Source of the DNA: a virus
Taxonomy: Duplodnaviria; Caudoviricetes
Virus record (IMG/VR): IMGVR_UViG_3300047476_001839
Span: 1-56,502 of that record
Strand: one strand, 5' to 3'
Length of the DNA stretch: 56,502 nucleotides
Shown here in pieces: positions 46,960-54,346 of the stretch; positions within the stretch are counted from its first letter, which is position 1, and each line of letters opens with the position of its first letter. A program made the position numbers and the translations under genes. The notes under the pieces were generated by a model that did no database searches, was not told the origin of the DNA, and saw only the letters and a list, made by a program, of their open reading frames with translations.

Positions 46960-47424
46960 TTAGACTACCCGTCTTGTCATACAGGTTACAAAGTGGCTTC
47001 GCTCTGCTTCAATATCACCGCTTGAGATGAGGTTCTTGACTGCATTCTCAGGAGTGTCAAAGCACACGTTTTGATGTACCACGATGTTTGACATATGACG
47101 CATCATGTCATATCGGCTAAAGCGATAGAGTTGGTTATGAACTTTGCTAGGCATAGTACTCCAGTAAGGCGTGTAGTACGTTTGGTCTTCCATGCCATCC
47201 TTCAACTTGGTGAATGCCATAGCCTTTCCAACCGAACCAAAGCGTTCCATGTAATACATGAAAGTGTCAATGATACCATCGTATGCATAGACGTAGGTTG
47301 TGTATGCGTCCCAAGCGCATCCAATACAATCTTGACCGTTGGCTGTCTTGCCGATGAACAGAGTCTTGACAGCAGAGGACTCAAAGCCCTTGACTTCCCA
47401 GAGTTGCATAGTAGTGTTTTCCAT
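46960..47424 (-). CDS. hypothetical protein (MENTT start)
   Basis: Leaderless; single-gene cassette. Confidence 0.75.
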   Translation of the reverse strand: MENTTMQLWEVKGFESSAVKTLFIGKTANGQDCIGCAWDAYTTYVYAYDGIIDTFMYYMERFGSVGKAMAFTKLKDGMEDQTYYTPYWSTMPSKVHNQLYRFSRYDMMRHMSNIVVHQNVCFDTPENAVKNLISSGDIEAERSHFVTCMTRRVV

Positions 47425-47532
47425 GACTATATATTACGCCATATATTGACATATAGCAAGAACTATTTACGTAATAACTATTAACTATTATTTTCTTGAC
47501 AAATCTTCAAAAGTATGATAGAGCTTAAAATT

Positions 47533-47596
47533 TATTAACAGGGAATAAATTGTAACAAATTCTTTAGAATTTGTTAGGAAATATTTTTAGTTAATA
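47533..47596. repeat. 64-bp dyad element, copy 25
   Basis: Core variant TAACAAAT/ATTTGTTA. Confidence 0.92.
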
Positions 47597-47635
47597 AAAA
47601 CATCCCTTGACTTTCGTCAAGGGATGTGATAGGGG

Positions 47636-47821
47636 CTACCAGTCGATGTCTGAGCAACCATAGTCTTCGCCCATACCTGCTGATTCTAGAGCGTTAGCAT
47701 CCATCCAAGCTTCGTCCCAGTTGTCTTCGCAATCAGGCTCTACATCATACTGTTCGTCCAACTGTTCGTCCGTCAACATATGTGGGAACAAAACGTCTTC
47801 CATCTCTGCGTCACTGTACAT
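47636..47821 (-). CDS. highly acidic small protein (possible DNA mimic)
   Basis: GGAGG SD; D/E-rich; DANALESAGMGEDYG. Confidence 0.65.
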   Translation of the reverse strand: MYSDAEMEDVLFPHMLTDEQLDEQYDVEPDCEDNWDEAWMDANALESAGMGEDYGCSDIDW

Positions 47822-47929
47822 AACTATCCTCCATTGCATATATGTTACGACATATGTCATATAAAGTCAAGCAAAATTAGAAATTTAATTTGACTTGCAA
47901 TATAGCAGAATATGCCTTATTATATAGGT

Positions 47930-48256
47930 ATGGAAAACACTACTGAAAAGCCAAAAGCTGTTACAAAGAAAACCAAAGTCGAACTCTCCTACCGTCAATG
48001 GATGCGTATCATTAACTATTACGCTATATCTGTGTGCGGTATTACAGTACCTCATATATCGGACTGGTGCTGGAGAGATGAATTCTGTGAAGACCTGACA
48101 ACTCTGGAAAACCACATCAATAATGCACGAGAGTCTTTTGAGACTTTCCTAGCGGATGTAGAGCCAGGTCATTACAATCAGATGGTTGATGAATTTTCAA
48201 AGCTGACTGAAGACTTGCTGAAAAACAAAGACCTCTTGGGCAAGGTTGTAGCATAG
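47930..48256 (+). CDS. hypothetical protein (MENTT..KTKVELS)
   Basis: Leaderless. Confidence 0.75.
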   Translation: MENTTEKPKAVTKKTKVELSYRQWMRIINYYAISVCGITVPHISDWCWRDEFCEDLTTLENHINNARESFETFLADVEPGHYNQMVDEFSKLTEDLLKNKDLLGKVVA

Positions 48257-48313
48257 GCTACAACCTTGTTTCTTTTTCTTGACATATGTCTTAATATGGA
48301 GTATTATATAGGT

Positions 48314-48520
48314 ATGGAAAACACTACCACACTTGAAGGCTTTGACATTCTGGTTGACTATGGCAATTTTTATTGGGATTCTTTTCCAATAACCAAATTT
48401 TCTTCAACTGCTAACCTGCACGAAGCACTGAAAGCGATAGCAGATATAACAGGTAAAGACACTAGGGCATATGAAGTTAACACTGAACATAAAACAGTAA
48501 GAGTCGTTCTAGGCTATTGA
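48314..48520 (+). CDS. hypothetical protein (MENTT start)
   Basis: Leaderless. Confidence 0.7.
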   Translation: MENTTTLEGFDILVDYGNFYWDSFPITKFSSTANLHEALKAIADITGKDTRAYEVNTEHKTVRVVLGY

Positions 48521-48558
48521 CCTATCACATCTCTTGACGAAAGTCAAGAGATGTTTTT

Positions 48559-48622
48559 TATTAACTAAAACTATTTCTTAAAAAATCTGTAAAGATTTTT
48601 TAAGATTTATTCGTTGTTAATA
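48559..48622. repeat. 64-bp dyad element, copy 26
   Basis: Nearly identical to copy 27. Confidence 0.92.
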
Positions 48623-48654
48623 AAATATCCCCAAGCCTTTGGTTTGGGGATATT

Positions 48655-48885
48655 TTAATCCACTACCTCCCAGTCATCTTTGAGAAAATCATCCAATATG
48701 TTCGTTGTTAATCTTAGAGCATCATTTGGATAATAGCATTTGTCGCCACGTTTTCGGTCATACTCTGTGGAAGGATATACATCTTCACCATCAAAAGTCT
48801 CCAAGTATTCATCCATTTTCCATTCAGAACGCTTAACTTTGACATTGCCTTTTCTCAATAAATCCAGTGCTTCAAGTCCTGTCAT
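48655..48885 (-). CDS. Tad2/DUF2829-like protein
   Basis: MTGLEALDLLRKGNVKVKRSEW...DDFLKDDWEVVD. Confidence 0.65.
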   Translation of the reverse strand: MTGLEALDLLRKGNVKVKRSEWKMDEYLETFDGEDVYPSTEYDRKRGDKCYYPNDALRLTTNILDDFLKDDWEVVD

Positions 48886-49109
48886 CCCGCTACCTCCCAA
48901 TTATCTGCCTCAAGCTCCTCTGGTGATAGATTGAGGTTTTCACACCAATATATCAGCACAACATCCTCATCTTCTAGAGCATAACCATGGTACTCAAATA
49001 TATTTTCCTTTGCGTTAAAACACAAGTAATATGATTGTGACCACCATGACCGCCTAATACGTTCACCATTCATCAAGCGGTTTTCAACATCTTCAAACTT
49101 CATCTTCAT
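48882..49109 (-). CDS. Tad2/DUF2829-like protein
   Basis: MKFEDVENRLMNGERIRRSWW...LSPEELEADNWEV. Confidence 0.65.
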   Translation of the reverse strand: MKMKFEDVENRLMNGERIRRSWWSQSYYLCFNAKENIFEYHGYALEDEDVVLIYWCENLNLSPEELEADNWEVAG

Positions 49110-49169
49110 ATCTCCTTACTTACAAGGAAAGTATAAGGCATATATTGACATATGTCAAATAAGTTTATT

Positions 49170-49233
49170 TATTAACTAAAACTATTTCCTAAAAAATCTG
49201 TAAAGATTTTTTAAGATTTATTCGTTGTTAATA
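49170..49233. repeat. 64-bp dyad element, copy 27
   Basis: Consensus match. Confidence 0.92.
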
Positions 49234-49273
49234 AAATATCCCCAAACCTTTGGTTTGGGGATTAGAATCTGTC

Positions 49274-49498
49274 TTAGTCTTGAAAGTGTTCTATTGCACG
49301 TTCTTCACTTTTTTGGTAAGCCTGTGCAAGTTCTTTTAAAACTTTCATTGTAAATTCATCTGTTTGAATTTTACCAGAGTTCAATATGCTCTCAAGTTTG
49401 CCCAATGAACCTTTAAGATAACCTAGGCGATAATTTTGTATCAGATTCTGCTTATGTCGCTCTTCTGATTGTTGACGATAATAACTCTCTAAATCCAT
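49274..49498 (-). CDS. hypothetical protein
   Basis: AAGGAG SD. Confidence 0.7.
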   Translation of the reverse strand: MDLESYYRQQSEERHKQNLIQNYRLGYLKGSLGKLESILNSGKIQTDEFTMKVLKELAQAYQKSEERAIEHFQD

Positions 49499-49608
49499 CA
49501 CTGTTCTCCTTACACTTATGATTATAGGACATATATCAATAGATTGCAATGAATATTATATAATTAATTCTTCTTGACATATGTCATATTGTGTCGTATT
49601 ATATAGGC

Positions 49609-49857
49609 ATGAACGAACACAACGGTTGGAAGAACGAAACGACTTGGACTATCAACGTTTTCTTTATGGAAACAATTGAAGAGATGTTGAAGGCAGGTAG
49701 TTCACATGAAAACATTGAGTTTCAGATTAAGCGTAAACTCAACCAAGACCTATACTTGGAACAGCGTAACGTCCTTGGCTGTGCATTGAAACTGGTTGAC
49801 TGGGACACGTTGATTGCCAGAGCCACAGAGAATGTTGAAAAGGAGAAGGTTGCATAA
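49609..49857 (+). CDS. hypothetical protein (paralog of 38167)
   Basis: Leaderless; MNEHNGWKNETTW..VDWDTL. Confidence 0.75.
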   Translation: MNEHNGWKNETTWTINVFFMETIEEMLKAGSSHENIEFQIKRKLNQDLYLEQRNVLGCALKLVDWDTLIARATENVEKEKVA

Positions 49858-49885
49858 TGAAAGGAGGGCTTTCGCCCTCCTTTTT

Positions 49886-49948
49886 TATTAACTAAAACTA
49901 TTTCCTAAAAAATCCTAATAGATTTTTTAAGTTTTATTCGTTGTTAAT
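49886..49948. repeat. 64-bp dyad element, copy 28
   Basis: Consensus match. Confidence 0.9.
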
Positions 49949-49969
49949 AAAAAACGTATAACTTTGTGT

Positions 49970-50233
49970 ATGGAAGTAAAACATTCCCCTACTGAATTAC
50001 TAAATAAAAATACTGACCCTGGTAGTGTATGGGTGTATGTTAATCCATTGACAGGTAAGCATTGCAAGACTACTGGTACTAATAAGTTAGCTGCATTTAA
50101 AACTAGGGAATCAGCTATGAGTTGGGAGCCTGATTCTAAAACTCTACAAAAGAATATCTGCTATGAAGTATCTTGGGATGAAATGATATCTATAGCAAAC
50201 AAGGAAGCTGGTGGTGTATATGTCATTCTATAG
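49970..50233 (+). CDS. hypothetical protein
   Basis: Leaderless. Confidence 0.65.
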   Translation: MEVKHSPTELLNKNTDPGSVWVYVNPLTGKHCKTTGTNKLAAFKTRESAMSWEPDSKTLQKNICYEVSWDEMISIANKEAGGVYVIL

Positions 50234-50339
50234 TTTGTTGCTAAATACATTGCTTTGGTGTGCAGCTCTATGGTTGTTTGTGTTCCTGCGTATGATATAT
50301 AAGAACTACAGAGATAAGCTATAAATACTAGAGATTGAC

Positions 50340-51210
50340 ACCCGGGGTACTTTGATTTTTAGGTACCATAAGGAAGAGTGTTGCGTGGGCCAAAATTTTT
50401 CGACCCCACCCAAACTTATCGACATGTACTTCTCCCAAAATTTCCCCCACATTTAAAAAACAATCCCCCACTCTATTTTCCCCCACACATCTTTTAAACC
50501 ATTCCCCACACGTTCCCCCACATCATCCCCCACACGTTCTTCTTAAATTCCAGAGATCGCATGGGGGGTACTAAGTTTTTTTCGAATTCCCAGAAATTAG
50601 GTATCTTTTTTATCTGGTACTGGGTTATATAATTTTCCCCCTTTTATGTTCTCCCAAAATTCTCACAAAATTATATAGATTTATTTTTTATCTATCGTAA
50701 AAGGATTAGAGATGTTTGTGAGAATGTTTTGGGAGATATTCTGAGACTTTTGTAGCTGAATTTATTTATTGTAATATATCTTTGAATATTAATTTATTTA
50801 TTTCAGCTACAGTAGTCTCAGAAAGTGTAGGGGGGTGGTTAGATTTTTTTGAATTCTGGAAAATTAGGTATCTTTTTTTTCTTGGTATATGTGAGAGTAA
50901 TTTTAATGAGTGATGTTATAGAATTATTTAAGAGAGAGTTTATGTCTTATGTTTTGTCACTTGATTTGTTAGAAGGTAGTAGTGTATTTTTCGGCAACAT
51001 GGATTATGATTTTGATTTATTTGTTAAAGATGGTGAATATATTTTAGATGTGTTTAGTGTTGCGTTGGATCATTACGGAATGCCTTATAGAAACTCGTTG
51101 GACAGTGAGCGGTTCAATGTAAGTAATTTATTTGAAGTTTAGTAGGGGGGTGGTAAAAAATTATCGTTTTCTGTGAGAATAGGTATCTTTTTTTCTTGGT
51201 ATATGTTAAG
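50340..51210. repeat. origin/terminus-like repeat region
   Basis: About 7 CCCC(C)AC(A) units, two long inverted repeats, three copies of GGGGGGT..TAGGTATCTTTTTT. Confidence 0.6.
50906..51142 (+). CDS. hypothetical protein
   Basis: MSDVIELFK; between direct repeats. Confidence 0.55.
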   Translation: MSDVIELFKREFMSYVLSLDLLEGSSVFFGNMDYDFDLFVKDGEYILDVFSVALDHYGMPYRNSLDSERFNVSNLFEV

Positions 51211-51297
51211 AGAATTTGGCAGGGATATATTTTTGATTATAGTAGAGAACAGTAGTCAATAAAAAATAAAAGATAAATTTCATTAGGGGATATTAGA

Positions 51298-51459
51298 ATG
51301 GAAAATTTATCTAAGGACTATCAGAATATAATTTTAAAGATTGCGATTGTTGTATTGAAGAATGATGTGTTGAGGGTATTGGTGGCGGATATGATAAATA
51401 TTCCTAATTATGTAATTGGGAACTTATTATATGAATTGAAAAAGATTGACAAGATATAA
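51298..51459 (+). CDS. hypothetical protein (similar to 14526..14708)
   Basis: AGGGGA SD; YQNIILKI..NDVLRVLVADM. Confidence 0.6.
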   Translation: MENLSKDYQNIILKIAIVVLKNDVLRVLVADMINIPNYVIGNLLYELKKIDKI

Positions 51460-51530
51460 AAAAGAGGGAGATTTTGTTCTCCCTCTTTTTTATATTGTGA
51501 TTGTATTAATTAATAAGTGAATTAATTTTA

Positions 51531-51944
51531 TCAAATAAGATTATATTTTTTCAAGCTTTCATTCATTATTTCCATAGCACGATTACCAAACTCGGGTCTG
51601 TCTTTTGGTGAAGAATAATCGATAATATGAATCAAACCTCTATAATATTCATTTGACATTAAATTCATTGCATCTTTTCCATCTTTAGAATTTGAGCAAA
51701 TGTCATCTACTTTTTGTTCAAATTTGTTTAATTCTTTTTCGAGATAAGTAGATTTTTTTGATTCAGGTTTAGGATTCATTAAAGGTTTAATTCTTGGTTC
51801 AATTGGAGAATTATCACTCATATCAAATTCATCAGCTATTCTCACCATTACTTTGGTAATCGTGTTAGCTTCTTTATGCAAACCTGAATTATCTAATGTG
51901 TTAGCTATATTATTTAAGGATGCTATAATTTGTCTTTTATTCAT
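51531..51944 (-). CDS. hypothetical protein with conserved N-terminal tag
   Basis: MNKRQIIASLNNIANTLDNSGLHKEANTITKVM. Confidence 0.8.
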   Translation of the reverse strand: MNKRQIIASLNNIANTLDNSGLHKEANTITKVMVRIADEFDMSDNSPIEPRIKPLMNPKPESKKSTYLEKELNKFEQKVDDICSNSKDGKDAMNLMSNEYYRGLIHIIDYSSPKDRPEFGNRAMEIMNESLKKYNLI

Positions 51945-52013
51945 TTATTTTTTCCTGATAAAAAAATAAGTGGCAAAATTAGTTTATTGCCACTTATTTT
52001 ATTTTGATTTTAT

Positions 52014-52352
52014 TTAGAAATCGGTATCTTTATCCATGTATCCTGTCATATCATCACCATACATATCACCTTCATCTTCTGGTGAGCTATAATCGAATGG
52101 TTCTGATTCGAATCCCATATCATCATCTTCCTCCATGTCCATATCATCGTCTTCATCACCATATGGCATGTAGTCTTCTTTCATCAAATCCATATCATCC
52201 ATTTTGTCATTATAATAATCTCTTTCATCGAAATCATCATAAGCTAATCTGGACATAACTTTAGTTACTGTATCGGCTTCATTGTGTAAGCCATTGTTGT
52301 CGAGTTCATTAGCAATCTTATTCAAGGATGCCATTACAGTTCTTTTATTCAT
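52014..52352 (-). CDS. acidic D/M-rich protein with conserved N-terminal tag
   Basis: MNKRTVMASLNKIANELDNNGLHNEADTVTKVM. Confidence 0.8.
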   Translation of the reverse strand: MNKRTVMASLNKIANELDNNGLHNEADTVTKVMSRLAYDDFDERDYYNDKMDDMDLMKEDYMPYGDEDDDMDMEEDDDMGFESEPFDYSSPEDEGDMYGDDMTGYMDKDTDF

Positions 52353-52424
52353 ATTTTTTTCCTTTTTAGGGTTTATAGTATTATTTTACTGATTTAATTC
52401 AATCTGCCCTTTTATAAAACAGAT

Positions 52425-52649
52425 ATGAATGCTTTTTTATTATTTTTGTTATTAATAGATCCGAAGGTTGAATATAAAGATAATTGCAAAAAATGTCATG
52501 AAAAACCTGCAATTTTATTTGGTGGTAAATTGAAGACAAAAGATTTACGCAAGACTATTTATGATATGTATAGAGTAGATCGTAGTGAAGCGCCAACAAA
52601 AGCTCAAGTGGATGCAATGTTGAAGTATGCCAAGAGTTTTAAGAAATAG
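52425..52649 (+). CDS. c-type cytochrome-like protein
   Basis: Hydrophobic leader, YKDNCKKCH (CxxCH), distal Met, TKAQVDAMLKYAKSF helix. Confidence 0.6.
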   Translation: MNAFLLFLLLIDPKVEYKDNCKKCHEKPAILFGGKLKTKDLRKTIYDMYRVDRSEAPTKAQVDAMLKYAKSFKK

Positions 52650-52658
52650 GAGTAAAAA

Positions 52659-53072
52659 ATGGTTTATGCGTGTCTTTCTTTATTTTTGTTAGTATGTTAT
52701 TTACTTTATATTATTAAGTATGTTAAAGACAATAATTTTACTTTAATGAAATTGAATAATTTTTTGAACGATGAGTTGAATAGTTATAAGTCTTCTCAAT
52801 CAAATCTATATTACAAGTTGAAAGAACTGGAATCTTTATCTGAGGAAAGCAAAAAGCAAATTGAAGATTTGATGAGCCAGAAAGAAATTCATTATTTTCC
52901 AGTAGATAGCAAGGTTAAATGGCTTGATAAAACTGGAGAAGAAGAGTTTGGAATGGTTTGTGATGATTTCTTTTCAGATGGTAAGCATTTTGTAGTTGTA
53001 AGGGCAATTAAGAAGGATAAGGTGACAAACAGATATCACTCTATTGCTGCAGAAAGAATTGTAAAGATGTAA
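52659..53072 (+). CDS. membrane-anchored coiled-coil protein
   Basis: AGGAG SD; N-terminal TM. Confidence 0.7.
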   Translation: MVYACLSLFLLVCYLLYIIKYVKDNNFTLMKLNNFLNDELNSYKSSQSNLYYKLKELESLSEESKKQIEDLMSQKEIHYFPVDSKVKWLDKTGEEEFGMVCDDFFSDGKHFVVVRAIKKDKVTNRYHSIAAERIVKM

Positions 53073-53102
53073 CAAAAAACCCTCCTTTCGGAGGGTTTTT
53101 TG

Positions 53103-53588
53103 TTAATAATGTTCTTTGATATATTTTCCACAATATAGATTAATTAAATAAGCAATATTGTCGTATGGTTTATCCAATCCTCTAATCTGCTTTAGTATTT
53201 CTTCTGTAATAACATCGTCAACTGTGTAATCAGGAGTGTCATATTCTTCTGGTACATTTCTGACAAAATAAGTTGATACTAATAATCCTATAGCATCTTT
53301 CACATCATCAGCATCTTCCATATAGTCTTTAACTTCTTCAGATGTAGTGCGTTGTTCACCAGTTTGTATAGGTTTATATACTGGAATAGGTTGGTCTTTT
53401 ACTTCTTCGTAAACTCTAGTAAGGTTTTTAAAGTTTTCTGTGGAGTCTGGATCTTGATTTACGTCTGGATGATATTTTCTAGCAAGTGTTCTATAATTGC
53501 TTTTAATATCATCAGAAGTTGTGGCGTTATTGGTAAGTTCTGACATTAATTGTTCGTCATTGACAATAGTTGCTAATCTATACCACAT
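53103..53588 (-). CDS. J-domain (DnaJ-like) protein
   Basis: DIKSNYRTLARKYHPDVN..ENFKNLTRVYEEVKD. Confidence 0.88.
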   Translation of the reverse strand: MWYRLATIVNDEQLMSELTNNATTSDDIKSNYRTLARKYHPDVNQDPDSTENFKNLTRVYEEVKDQPIPVYKPIQTGEQRTTSEEVKDYMEDADDVKDAIGLLVSTYFVRNVPEEYDTPDYTVDDVITEEILKQIRGLDKPYDNIAYLINLYCGKYIKEHY

Positions 53589-53589
53589 A

Positions 53590-54345
53590 TTAATATCCGC
53601 CGTATCTAGCCTTCATAATTTTTAAATATTGAGACCTTAAATTATTTGGTAAGAAGTTTGCTCCTATGCCGTGTTTTGCCATTAAGTTAAGCCATTCAGT
53701 TTTGCCATCTCTACTCATGATTTTAGGGGCCATTTCATTAATAAGTTTTGTCATTCTTGCAAACTTATCATTAACTACATGGCTAATTTGTTCATCTAAA
53801 ACTGGTGAATCATAAGTGTTGAAAAAGCTAATTACTTCTGAATTATGTCTTCTAATTTCGTCTTGTTCTTCTGGAGTTTGAGTGGCAATATACTGTTTCA
53901 TTTTAGGCAATTTTGCTTGTTCTTTTTGTATGATATCTCCAAGGTACTTATCAAGACTTTCAAAATATGATTTTATGCTTTCTAATTCAGGAATAAATCT
54001 TGAGTCAACTGGCATATACCTTTCTAACGTTTTAGATAAATCAATGAAACTTTGAATAGAATTTGCTGTTCCCGATATATTTGAGTGCATCTCTTCACAA
54101 TCAACTATAATTCCTTTAAACGTACCATCAATATCTTCATTTCTGATTGGTGGGATTTCAATTTTAGGATTTACTCTTATAGCACCAGAGGGAGAAGTAT
54201 ATTCTTCACCTGATCGTACTTTTTGGAATAAGTTTTCAACATCTTCCAAACCTTTTTCTTCTTCCATAAAATCTATGACTTGTTCTCTCTCTGCAGGAAA
54301 TTGTCTATTGAGATCATTCAAATCCATTGCTTTTCGATACCACAT
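53590..54345 (-). CDS. hypothetical protein (MWYRKA start)
   Basis: 251 aa ORF in operon. Confidence 0.8.
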   Translation of the reverse strand: MWYRKAMDLNDLNRQFPAEREQVIDFMEEEKGLEDVENLFQKVRSGEEYTSPSGAIRVNPKIEIPPIRNEDIDGTFKGIIVDCEEMHSNISGTANSIQSFIDLSKTLERYMPVDSRFIPELESIKSYFESLDKYLGDIIQKEQAKLPKMKQYIATQTPEEQDEIRRHNSEVISFFNTYDSPVLDEQISHVVNDKFARMTKLINEMAPKIMSRDGKTEWLNLMAKHGIGANFLPNNLRSQYLKIMKARYGGY

Positions 54346-54346
54346 T

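Larger units (their letters stand above)
45862..48553. terminator. six-copy terminator family CCCTTGAC-GAAA-GTCAAGGG (about 45865, 46196, 46525, 46928, 47604 on minus; variant 48530 on plus)
   Basis: Near-identical hairpins downstream of successive cassette genes. Confidence 0.85.

Noticed and set aside
14769-49948. Dyad repeats as a CRISPR array
   Set aside because: Intervals are 0.4-3.8 kb and contain genes, repeats are degenerate and 61-65 bp, and no cas genes are present.
14769-49948. Dyad repeats as canonical integron attC sites
   Set aside because: AAC/GTT is often AAG/CTT, the invariant part is TATTAA/TTAATA, orientation is mixed, cassettes have their own promoters and terminators, and no intI is in the window. 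Kept only as an analogy.
14769-49948. Dyad repeats as ordinary terminators
   Set aside because: They are AT-only stems and most already sit beside a separate GC-rich terminator hairpin.
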